The notes under the pieces are model-generated. The model was given only the letters and a program-made list of their open reading frames with translations. It ran no database searches and was not told the DNA's origin. DNA of 46,177 bases from contig JAUCBJ010000149.1 of NCBI GenBank assembly GCA_032718475.1, positions 1 through 46,177 on the forward strand, written 5' to 3'. Positions within the stretch are counted from its first letter, which is position 1. Each line of letters opens with the position of its first letter. The translations under genes were made by a program, and so were the position numbers. The DNA is from Nemertoderma westbladi. Taxonomy: Eukaryota; Animalia; Xenacoelomorpha. Below are positions 12,084 to 22,970 of this stretch, one piece after another.

Positions 12084-14013
12084 CAGGTGGAGAGCGCAAA
12101 TGGAGCATTTGCGCCGTGCGAGCGCATGGCCGACGGCGTTGGCCATGTGGTATTGTTCTAGAATATTACAGTATTATTAATCCCATGTAAAGTTAAAAGT
12201 TAAAGCCCATATTGCTGATGGAAAATAACAAATGCCTACCTTGATTTTGTTAAGGTCAGTTTTGTTTATACTTGAAGGCTTACATATATAAGTATACATG
12301 GGCATAATATTCCAAATACTTTTGTTGCGCCTGTCGATTCGTATGAATCGACAGGCGCATAGACCCCCCCAATTTATATTACTTGCGCATGTACATTAGT
12401 AGGCCTACAGAAGTACTTGGGTATTCCTGTATTCACAATATTCAACTACCATATATGAAGATAGGGTACGTTTTGACTAAAATTCTGCATCTGATGTAAC
12501 GTTTTGACTAGGCCTATCTGCCAAAAGAACCTCCACTATATCTGCCCTACATGTAGGCCTACCATATTATTAAATTATTATTTATACTTCAAAAATTTGT
12601 GGCACGAAACACATCACACGAAATGGAATTACAATAAAAGCAGGCCATTTAAAACCATCTTCAATCAATTAATTCAGCACCTTGGAAAACCTAATAAAAA
12701 AAATTATTCAAATTTGTTGAATTGACAAAGGTGGTTCTGAATTAACGAGACGAGGGTGGACCCAGAGCTATCGAGGGTGGTCCCTGAATTAACGAGTGAG
12801 GACCCAGAGTTAATAGGGATATTCCCTGGATTAATAAAAAATAATTAATACCAAAACTAATAACAAAAAAAACACCCAAAATATAATACCAGCAAATACA
12901 GAAATATACTCATATTAACAAATAACACAAAAATAATTATTTAATAAAAAATTTAATATTGAACTTTTAAAGCTCTAAAATCATAAAGAAAACCCATGAA
13001 GGTGTATTCCAATTACAATTGTTCAACCCCAGTGATTTTAAAATACACCAGACATGTCAGAGAGCATTGTAAGTATTATTTCCTTTGTGCAAAAATTAAT
13101 TCTTCTTGATATATTATATGCAAAATTTTCATGCATATTCAAACAATCAAAAGCGTGAAACCGGTAGTCATACAGCAATTGGATGTCTTTAGTAGGATCG
13201 GAAACACTCTAGAGAACATTTAAAATAAACGTCATCATTCCAAAGTGAATACTTCTTGAGATATAGCCTTTCAAAAAATTAACCAATCATAGACCACGTA
13301 GCAAAACCCGACAATCCAACAGCTATAAAACATCGTCAGTGAGTTAGGGCATACTCCAGAGAATATTCTTAGCTTTCAAACTTCATCCCAAAGTGAAGCA
13401 AACTCGAGTTATCGTCGTTCAAAGCATTAGCCAATCAGGCGCCGTATCTGATGACCACGGTATGGGGGTGACTTGGGACCTCAACGCGAGATTCAGAACA
13501 CCATCCAAAACATATTCGCATAAAATCTTATCACTAATTGTCAAGGCCTAGGTAAGTTTTCAGCGTTTGAATATTTGAGCCAATCAGGTGCCAGATACAG
13601 TGACCACGGTACGCGCATGACCTGAGACCCCAATGGAAGGTTCAGAGTACTGGCCAAAACATTTTCGCATCAAATTGTACCGTAAAATGTTACTGCATAT
13701 CAGCAAAGTCACCTACCGGTATTTGATCAGCAAAAGATCAGGTCTGACTGTGTGATTTGGGTCTGATCATATTTTCCTTTGCATGCATAAGAAGCCCTTC
13801 AATGGTCACTATCCGCTACATTGATCTAATCCATATCGTCAGATAGCCCGTCAATATTGTTTGTGGAACTTACTTCCCCTCAATATTGCCGGCGAGGCAG
13901 GTGAAAACGAGTCAAAATTCCAATGTTGGGTAGCGCAAGCCCGCTTGGGACAAGACCGTCGGTTAGGCCCAAGGGCGACCTTGGTGCTCGATCGCTATCG
14001 ACTGGTCCACCTG
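12084..14013. mobile_element. Non-coding DNA-transposon-like insertion interrupting the integrase
   Basis: 8-bp terminal inverted repeat CAGGTGGA / TCCACCTG, with CCGACGG about 50 nt inside both ends. It is AT-rich, has a 15-bp-arm palindrome at 12326-12359 and an internal duplication at ~13430-13680. No TSD found. Confidence 0.55.
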
Positions 14014-14270
14014 CCAGTTGACTCTTTGTTATACTTTGAGTTGGCTCAATGTACAGTCAGGCCACAGTAAGTTGACAGTAGCCGCCCATCTGGCTACACG
14101 TTCGACGAGCTGTGCCGGTGTGATCGGGGGACCGAAAACAGAACCCTGGAAGCATCGGGCCACCCTCCGGCTCGGTCTGATAATAACATCAGTCAGACTG
14201 GCCCCAGGGGTGGTGGAAACACGTCCGCCTCATGGGTGCGCCTCGGGGAGGAGCCCAAAAGGACGAAAGC
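14014..14270 (+). other. GC-rich foreign fragment, possibly a non-LTR element 5' UTR with a degenerate hammerhead-like core
   Basis: Does not translate as integrase. It ends GAGGAGCCCAAAAGGACGAAA. Confidence 0.3.
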
Positions 14271-14519
14271 GACAAGAAAACTCGCGCTTTAAGAGTGGGA
14301 GATCATGTGCTGTTAGCAGAGGTGAATCTAAAAAGACGCTTCTGGATAACAGGTGTAATTTTAGACACACATCCATCTATGGATGGAGTGACAAGAACTG
14401 TAACGGTACGGACAATTGACTGTCGTACAGTAGACAGACCGACTCAACGTCTCGTACTTCTTGAAGAGACGCGAAACAAGTCTGGAGATTACAAGTCTCC
14501 AACAAATGTTAGTAAATAG
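14271..14519 (+). pseudogene. BEL/Pao integrase C-terminal domain (DUF5641-like)
   Basis: LRVGDHVLL...W..GVI...HPSMDGVTRTVTVRT...RPTQRLVLL. Confidence 0.9.
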
Positions 14520-15183
14520 TAAGGAGTTTACAAATAGATTTCCACGTACCTGTACACTGTAGTAAAGACAGCGGTAGAATTCCATTGTCTTTATATGTGA
14601 ACATTGAGGGTAGTACCCTTATGTGTCACATAGGAGCGGGATTTGTAGGTATAAGAAATGGAATTCTACTTGGAACTCACAATATTGAGACATTTTCGAA
14701 ATTTTAGACAATCCATTTGGATTTGAAAAATTTTAAAAATTTTCTCCAGTGAATAGATTTCAGGGTACAGTCGGGTGGAACTTAAAATCAGAGAAACAAG
14801 AGAATGGAAGACTCGCGAGCCTTTCTAAAAATTTTAATTAAAATTTACACGGTCTTGTTTCAATAAGTTACGTCGAATAATAGACTTCCCTATATTTATT
14901 ACTAACTCTTGATTGCTTATTTTCTGATAATAGTTTGAGATCAAAAAGTGAGTATTTTAGACTCACAGCCAGTTTAGCCCAAAATCGTTTTTATTTCGGC
15001 AAAAAATTTTAGATAAGAAACAGCGTGTCATTAAAGAAACCCTAGATCTTAGGCTATGGGTAGGAGGTTAGAGCGTTGTCGAGCCAAAAGGGCAGACGAA
15101 AACTCTCACATCTCCTCACAACTAACAATAAACTCTGTTGTATTCCCTCTAGTAGTAATGATTATGTAACCATACTTCCAATA

Positions 15184-16803
15184 ATGGCGAAAGGGATACA
15201 TGGAGAGCCGAGATGGGGATATGATATCCAAGAGGAAGCAGCAGCGCCATTCGAAAGATTCGGTGCAAAGGATTTAGTATATTTCGAGACGTGTATCTTC
15301 GCTGTGCGGGATCTCTTATCGAAAGACCATCTATGTTTACATTGTTACCCTATGAAGGAGAACGTATCGTGGAGCTTACGGACGAATCACGGCAGACGCG
15401 TGCGCCTATCGGTCACTTAGGTGATGATTTCGAAGTAACAACGATCATTGACGATCCTTTAGAGGAACTTCTTGAGATTGAAAGGACCCTCCCGAAGAAA
15501 TCTCAGACGGAGATTCGACAACTAGAAGCAACAGATGCTGTAGTTTGCATACAACCTTCTGAAACATACCAACCTATCGATCCAGACGATTATGACTATA
15601 GTGTGGGAGGAAGCGCTCGACCCATTGGAGATCTTATATATGAGCGAGTGTGGTACCCTGCTAATACGATGTGTGGTAAATGTGGCGTCGCTGGACATCA
15701 TTCGACAAAGTGCAGTGGAAATCACATTACTACTACTCAACTAATCTGTGGATGGTGTGGAGATCAAGGGTCCCATACATTTTATACTTGCTGGAGATTT
15801 ATGGCTCAATGCACATACTGCAATATAAAGGGACATTGAGCATCTGAATGCCAATTGCGAGACATACCTTACGAACACGAAAACTGTAAAACTCGTGCGA
15901 AAACTATTTGATGATTGGGAAGATTTAGCTGACGAACATGTATCGGCGCAAAGAAGACAGTTCCCGATGAGAGTGCATCTTGGATTTTGGGTGGTAAATC
16001 CCCAAACTATGATGTCGGAAGGATATATCTCCGCTATGCCACAATATGACGAACTCATCGAGGTAGTTGATATTTTGCCTCACGATAGTGGATTTCGAGT
16101 TGTGCGCGAATACTTGTTACAGATACACCCTGACAATAAGAATACATGGAATTTCCAGAAAGTCGTTAATCGTATCACGTATGGTGAATTTGATCGTTTC
16201 CGAACGGAAAAGCGGAACAAGGGAGCTTGGTTAACCGTCGCATGGGCGTACCGAGCCGCGTTCTACCATAAACGTATACGAGCGAGCGTATTCGAGGAAG
16301 AGGAGGTCCTAGAGGCGACCAACATACCAGCTACTCCGGTCGCGCCGTCTGCACGTCACCCTCGGGAGGACGGACAGCATAGGATCATAAGGGTTCAGAA
16401 AGTGGGCCAACAATTAAAGAAAACTATCAATGTTGAATAACGAAGGGGATACGAACCGACTATTCGAATTACTCGGGATACGGTTTCGCTTCCCAGAGAA
16501 CCGCAAGGAGGATCGGGACATATACCAGCTGATCAAAAGGGGGCGCAAGCTTCTCTTGGGTCTGCGTCGTCCGCTTCCCGCGCGTTCCCAGACGTTTTAC
16601 CAGCGGTAGACACAACCGATCGGTAACGAGGAATTGGAAGAGGATTTGGGATAACTAAGAGACGAATATATGAGGAAATGGTCGTACCATATCCCAACGT
16701 CCATAGTAAACCAGTAACTCATCCCACAAGTCCCATATCACGAGCTAAATCACCGATACGCAGTTTTCGAGGACGCGGCAGGGCCCGATCAGCTAAGCGG
16801 TAA
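15184..16803 (+). pseudogene. Accessory ORF3: triple CCHC zinc-knuckle protein with an RG/RS-rich tail, ~540 codons, disrupted
   Basis: CGKCGVAGHHSTKC, CGWCGDQGSHTFYTC and CTYCNIKGH*ASEC. Frameshifts near 15350 and 15875; stops at 15837, 16438 and 16624. No evident signal peptide or TM segment. Confidence 0.8.
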
Positions 16804-16897
16804 ATAAAGTGTTATATTTAAAGGGACTAATTATTCCGAACTCAAAACTCAAGTAAAGTGGGAAGGAAGGAGTGGACGGAAGACTCGTGAGCCTTTC

Positions 16898-17350
16898 TTA
16901 TGAATTGTTTGTCTTATGAATTGTTTGTCTTATGTATTGTTTTTCTTTGTATTGTTCATGTAAATTGAATTGTTCATGTAAATTGAATTGTTTATGTAAA
17001 TTGTATTGTTTATGTAATTTGTATTGTTTAAAATTTATATTGCTCTAAATTTATGCAATTTATATTGTTCTAAATTTATGCAATTTATATTATTCTAAAT
17101 TTATGCAATTCACATTGTTCTAAACTTATGTATTTGTATTGTTCCAATTTTGAAATTCAGAAAGTTTTATATTTAGAAGGAATTTATATTTGAAAGATTT
17201 ATATTTCATATTTGAGATGCCTAAAGAGTTTATATTGTTCTAAACTTATGCAGTTTATACCTAAAGAGATTTATATTTAGAAAGTGCTATATTTGTAGTC
17301 ATTCCAAACTTACGCAATTTATTGTTTCGAATATTATGCAATTTATATTT
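16898..17350 (+). repeat. AT-rich 16-23 bp degenerate tandem repeats (ATTGTT/TATGCAATTT units)
   Basis: TATGAATTGTTTGTCT, TGTAAATTGAATTGTTCA and TAAATTTATGCAATTTATATTG units, starting directly after the motif at 16878-16897. Confidence 0.8.
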
Positions 17351-17757
17351 TTTAAAGAAGCAGTATTTGTTTTCGCAGTAAATAGAAGGCAAGAGCAGAC
17401 GGAAGACTTGTGAGCCTTTCTTGTGATTTCATTTGAAATCATTCCGAACTTATGCAATTTGTTTTATATTTAAGTAGCATTTGTACTTGTGATTGTTTGA
17501 ATTTATGCAATATTTGAGATGCAATAGATTTATTTCGGTGAATTTAATTTAGATTTATATTGTACTTACTTAATAAGGCCTTAAATACGTAAAGTTTGAA
17601 TTTGTAATTATTTTTGTATCGAATTATTATGTAGAGGTATTATTGTTGAGATTTAATTTGTAAATATGTAAGTACGTCCCAAGTATTTCATAATTTGATT
17701 TAGTATTGGTGAAAACCGTATATTTATGCACGATAATATCCTGTTTTCATGGAGCGG

Positions 17758-19129
17758 TATAGAATTATATTCTCATAAATGCCGTGGATTTTCAAAATTT
17801 TATTTTGTTCGAATTAACTTTGCTATAAAGATTACATTAAGTCTTCATTTGCATTCAGTATATCTTTTGTATAACATTGTTCAAGTGGTCCAGTAGCTCA
17901 GTCGGTTAAGCGTTGGAAATTCGTGTAGTAGGTATTGAGTTCGAATCCTAGTAGGTGCGAATTATTTTTTGTGCTAAGTTTCAACTCATTTAAATTAACC
18001 GCTACAAATTAAATTGCATTTGCTCAAGGTAGATTAACCAATAGGATTGCAGTTATTAGATTGTAACCAATGTCGTGCAAGATACGTGTTCGCTGGACCA
18101 ATGGTTATCTTTAAAAACCTATTAGAACTCATAGAACAATCTAGATTTATCTCGATTAATTGCAGCACAAATTTGCTATAAAAGGTGCGGTTTGTTCATT
18201 AGTTATAACACCTACTTCTTAGATTTCTATCTTATCTTAGTATTGTTTATTGTATATTAGTTTTGTAATAAAAGTTAGAAATACTTGTTACATCTGCCCT
18301 TTTCCTATCATGTTTTACCACGGTGAACCTAACTGAGGGACAAGATGGCAGGCTAAACATCGGACCACAGCAATGAACGGGAACATCTGAGGAATGTAGA
18401 AGGAGACAACCCGCAATATCATTCTTAGTTATTCGCCCATCGCCTGAAAGGTTAGACAGCGTTCAATGCCTAAGTATAAGACCAAAGATCGAAGGTAGAG
18501 GTAGTGGTGACACGCTGTGCGCTAAAAATTACATCTAGGGACTGTACTGTCTTAATTCAGAGAAAAACCCGCAGTAGACCTTCACATTCCTACGGGGGGA
18601 GAGCAGGCAGAGATACTAGTACACAGATAGGACGCAGGCTCACCGGTACAAGGCATACCCATTGGTAGGGTGCAGCAAACTGTACGCCTAACTCTTGCTA
18701 AGTATAGGTGCGTCGGTGACTGTTTGTAGTACAACGGTGTCCATTGCATTTGAACTTGTAGGCTAGAAGGGTTACTGTGTTTTACCTGAATTGGGATTGT
18801 ACCGTTCAGGCGTTAGGGCAGTTTACCACTAGGTGCAAAATAAATTGAGGCTATTTAGGGATACTAACATCTACCGTGTCCCTGCCAACATTCTGTTAGG
18901 AAGTTGCCGTGCCCATCTAGGCAACCAAAATTCTAGATAAGAACGCCAGGCTAGCTATTAGTAACAGTACGCCTACTGTAGTAAACTAACACATTTCTTC
19001 TTAGTATTAGGGACCTGGTAAATTAAATTGCCGAATTCTGGGCGTAGTATTAACCTTATGCCTGAATTTGAGTCCTGGAAATACGCAAAAGGGGAAGGAG
19101 CCTTATCATTCGTGAGTATTGGATCTACA
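17758..19129 (+). mobile_element. Inner LTR-like unit, copy 2 (TATAGA...TCTACA)
   Basis: GGAGCGG at 17751-17757. The ends form a perfect TGTAGA/TCTACA inverted repeat if position 2 was G. TATA at 18177 and AATAAA at ~18267. Confidence 0.6.
17887..17970 (+). promoter_or_regulatory. tRNA-like Pol III A-box/B-box element inside the LTR (copy 2) with a T6 terminator-like run
   Basis: TAGCTCAGTCGG (17894-17905), GAGTTCGAATCC (17937-17948) and TTTTTT (17965-17970). Confidence 0.7.
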
Positions 19130-19570
19130 AGTTACAAAATTAGAATATTTGTAAAATGCACACCGGACCCAGTCATTATATATGTGAAGGAGCAAAACTG
19201 ACTTTGACTGTTTAGAATCAAGACACACGCTCGTTAGAAATTATTTACACCTCAAAATATATAAAATAATTTTTGTCCGTACTGCGCTTTGCCCGCTAGT
19301 TAGTCCTTTCTGCACCTAGCTAGCATCTCTCTATCCCAACCATATAAATCACACCGCGGCAAAGTATACGAGCCCCTTAGTCCGTCAGTGAGTCAGCCTG
19401 ATTTTAGGATTCGCTGCGCGGGATTTTGTTTTATCGAAGTTTGTCCGTTCGTAGACTGTTTTCTGCCTCACCGGTTATAAGAGACCGATACTGCAATATA
19501 TATTCGCTTAGTTAGAGTTTACTGTTTTGGTGAGAAGGTCGGATTTATGATTTGATTCACAAACTTTACA

Positions 19571-20030
19571 GTAGGATATTGCAGGGCATTTTGTTACTGT
19601 CTCTTCCAATAACCTGACTTATGCATACTTATTGCTTTACATGAATGTCAGAAGTTAATGACGTGAACGAGCTTCGGTATCGTCTTTTCTGTTCAAAACA
19701 TGGAGAAATCGAGTCAACCTTGCTGCCACCTTGTAAATATTGTTTAAAGAGAGACACCTATCCCGAGCCAACTACCAATCGTATATAAGCTTAGTACCCA
19801 TCATCAATGTATCTTCTCCCATAGGTCTGGGATGGCTGTTAGATGAGGAGGATATGGTAATACCTGATTGGATGTATGTTCTACCCGCTCCATAATATAT
19901 CCTCTCTCTCTCTATCGCTGTATTGCAAATTTGTAAACCACCAACATGTATCATTCGGTTGAGCACAAAACAAAGACCCAAGACTTTTCTGCCTGTTCTG
20001 TACAAAACAAAGAGGTGAAGTCGCGCTAGG
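19571..20030 (+). pseudogene. Degraded C-terminal fragment of an Academ(X)-like transposon protein
   Basis: VNDVNELRYRLFCSKHGEIESTLLPPC, RANYQSYI, PSPIGLGW, then a decayed Cys-rich tail. This motif pattern is recalled from XPG/Cys8-bearing Academ proteins. Confidence 0.55.
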
Positions 20031-20645
20031 TCCATAAGAGCGATAAGTCCCATTGCTATTTAAAGGAGCAGGTTTGTAAAGGAGCACGTTACTGAGGCGT
20101 GTTGGGGGAACCAAAACAATAAACGAAAGTTAACACATGTTAGATGATTATGCAGGTCTTTATAATTGGGTGTTGAGTCTTTGTTTTGTACTCACTCTGT
20201 ATCTGCATACAAAACAATCATCAACATCATTGCATTGAGTTGTGCAAATTCAAGTCATGTACTAACAGGAAGGAGGCGAAATATGAATGAACTGAAGCTC
20301 TTGACGTGATTTTTGACTAACATATTTGCACAACTTGTTTTATTCTTACCCCAGGTGACACTTTAAAAATTACCAAAAAACTTCTATAATCGCTTTCAGC
20401 ATCCAAAAAAACCGCTATATATCGCAAATAAATTAATTTTAGTGAATTATGAAAACTATTTAAAATCTTAGTACGAAAGTACTGGAGATGGGTGCCAGAA
20501 AGGGAGCACAGCACGAAAACTAACATGACCATATAAATGGCGTTTGCTCTGTTGGATAACCCATTAAATTTTAGGAAAAGTCACGAAATCTCGGTTTTCC
20601 AAACAAACCTTACTCAAAGATACAGACTAATTACAAAATTAAGCC

Positions 20646-21408
20646 GGGCGCGTATTCCCAATCCTTACACTTCTAGGAACACCTCTTGCATTAACACCTG
20701 GGATTGGTTAATGAGTTATTATTTGATTGGACGTTGAAATCATGTAAGGAATGGAAAGAGGGATCGAACTAGTGTAAGGTTTTTATAAAGTGCTCCAAAC
20801 GCTCCAGATAAAATAAACTCTTAAAACCTCTAGATGTCTAGATGGCGTGCTAGTGCAGTTCGATGCACACGAATAGTAGACGGACTATTCATAAGCAATT
20901 ACTACTGTACAGTACTATAATCGGCCTGCTGCATTGAAACTGCTTAAGAATTCTATGCCGGCTTATCAACAAAGTTGCACCACCACAAATTCTCTATCCC
21001 CCATAACTTTTGTGAGATTTAGCTGCATCTTCAAGGCCAGTGTCTTTTAGGAGGCGTCTTAAGAAAGTCATGGGCTGTCCATCATGCTTATTTTCTCTAT
21101 GGGGCTGCCAAAGCACAATATTGTGCGCAGTGTGGTCCTTGTGTGTGGGTGCAGCTCATGCAGCCCTGTATAAACCAGATCCCAATGTTCTACTGCCTAG
21201 AATAATATCAAATGTTACGTCTACTCATCTAATACTGTTGGTGTAATAACCCTTACATGATTTCACCCAATTTCTACATTCCTTACAGCGTTTGGAACAC
21301 TTTCTACTGTACCTGCAAACTGAGTATAAAACTCTTACACTAGTTCGACCCCTATCTCCATTCCTTACACGATTTTTTCCTACGTGTAAGGTTTGGGAAT
21401 ACGCCCCC
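20646..21408. mobile_element. Harbinger-like MITE with long imperfect TIRs
   Basis: GGGCGCGTATTCCCAATCCTTACAC vs the reverse complement of the right end, GGGGGCGTATTCCCAAACCTTACAC. Subterminal TGTAAGGAATGGA..TCGAACTAGTGTAAG is mirrored at 21335-21372. Confidence 0.65.
20965..21200 (-). mobile_element. 3' fragment of an RTE-clade LINE nested in the MITE
   Basis: Minus-strand pieces AHNIVLWQP, GQPMTFLRRLLKDTGLED and MGDRE match the RTE ORF C-terminal pattern. Confidence 0.55.
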
Positions 21409-22970
21409 CATCCCAAGTAGGATTAAATAAAGATGATTTAGATATATATATAAATTGAAGTGAATATACTAAAAGAACTAACCTCTCTTTTGTGGTAGGT
21501 GTCAAGTCATTTGTTTGTGTCATATCTGAGTCATCTTCAATTGCATCTGTAGTGGTAGTCATGGTAACCTGTGAATGAGTGTTGTCTGAAATGCCATTTA
21601 GATGTCACTTGTCATTTTAAAGTGATTTGTAGTCACATCTTGATTGTTTTTTATTGACATAAATATTTGTTATAAAGTCATTATTTTGAAACATAGTGGA
21701 ATGAGATTAAATTGATGAAAAATAAAAATATTTCAAACATGGGTTTATCTTTGGAACCATATATCACCGTTATAACAAAACAGGTTTAGCTCTCAGTATA
21801 CCAAAATTTTCCAAAACTAATATTCAATAAACTGCGGTAATTTGTTTTTAAAATAATGGTATTGTTCTAGAATGGTAGCTATTTTTCTAAAACATGTCAA
21901 TTTTCATTTGGCAGCATTCCCATGGTAACAATAATTATATTCCAGAATTTTATGTCACATTTAGAATTGTCAGACCAGTAGCTATCTTTTTCAAAAGATG
22001 CGATGAATTTATATTGAGTTATTAGAATACTACAGCATGTTTGTTGTTTTACCATTTCCATGACAACCGGTGATAACACCAAGTCAGCTACCGATTCAGA
22101 TTTGTTATCATATCAAAATGAATGGCAAGAAGCTAGGTCTTCCCAAAAATATAAGTTCCGGGTGGTTACCAAAAAGTATCCCCTATGCTGGCTGGCGAAT
22201 GGACTATAGTAATACCTGGGGTATTACACACAATTTGAGACAATTAATTTTATTAATAACTCAGTTCCATTTAAAGCAAACAATTAATATTATAGTTTAT
22301 CTGCCAAATTAAGAAGACTATCAATTATAGGAATGTCAGTGAAACACCCCTAGTCTGTAATGATTGTATACATTACATTCTATGTCAACCTACTTAGAAA
22401 CAATACCACAAATTAGTTTATTTGATATTATATGAGTTGGTACAAATGGAGCTGACGACGATGAATCAGATAAAGAGATTCAACTGTAAAATAATGAGTA
22501 ACATTTTAGCTTTCCTTTTCCTAATCACCATCAATGTGTCATCTCCATTTTTGACAATTGCAGAGTTTAGAACGACACAATGTAGGTCTATAGATTGAAC
22601 ACAAATTTGATCTACTTTGGAACTATAATTTTTTAAATTCAAATCCAAAATCTACATTGATTATGTATAATACAACCATTTTATCTCACATTAATGTACT
22701 AATTTTAATACAAATTGTTTGGAAACCAACATAAATGATATGATTTGCTCAATCTCGATATATTACGATAGTGTTGGCTATTTTTTTTGCAGCATTTAAG
22801 TGCTTTGGAAAACAACTCAATAATTGTTATCTTAAACCTGTCTGTTTTTATGTGTCTGTCTGTTTTTATGTGTCTGTCTGTTTTTATGTGACTGTCTAAT
22901 TTAGTTAGTTAGTTAGTTTATCTTTATTGAAAAATTACTCAATTATATAAAATGCAAATTAGGCAGTTAA

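Larger units (their letters stand above)
14644..19570 (+). mobile_element. Putative giant (4.9 kb) 3' LTR containing ORF3 and an inner LTR-like unit
   Basis: PPT-like AGGAGCGGGA (14632-14641) lies ~115 nt after the pol stop. The unit starts TGTAGG and ends CTTTACA, then unrelated Academ-like DNA follows. It is colinear with 1-3594. Confidence 0.55.

Noticed and set aside
15184-16803. env gene
   Set aside because: No signal peptide, transmembrane segment or fusion-protein features; it has zinc knuckles instead.
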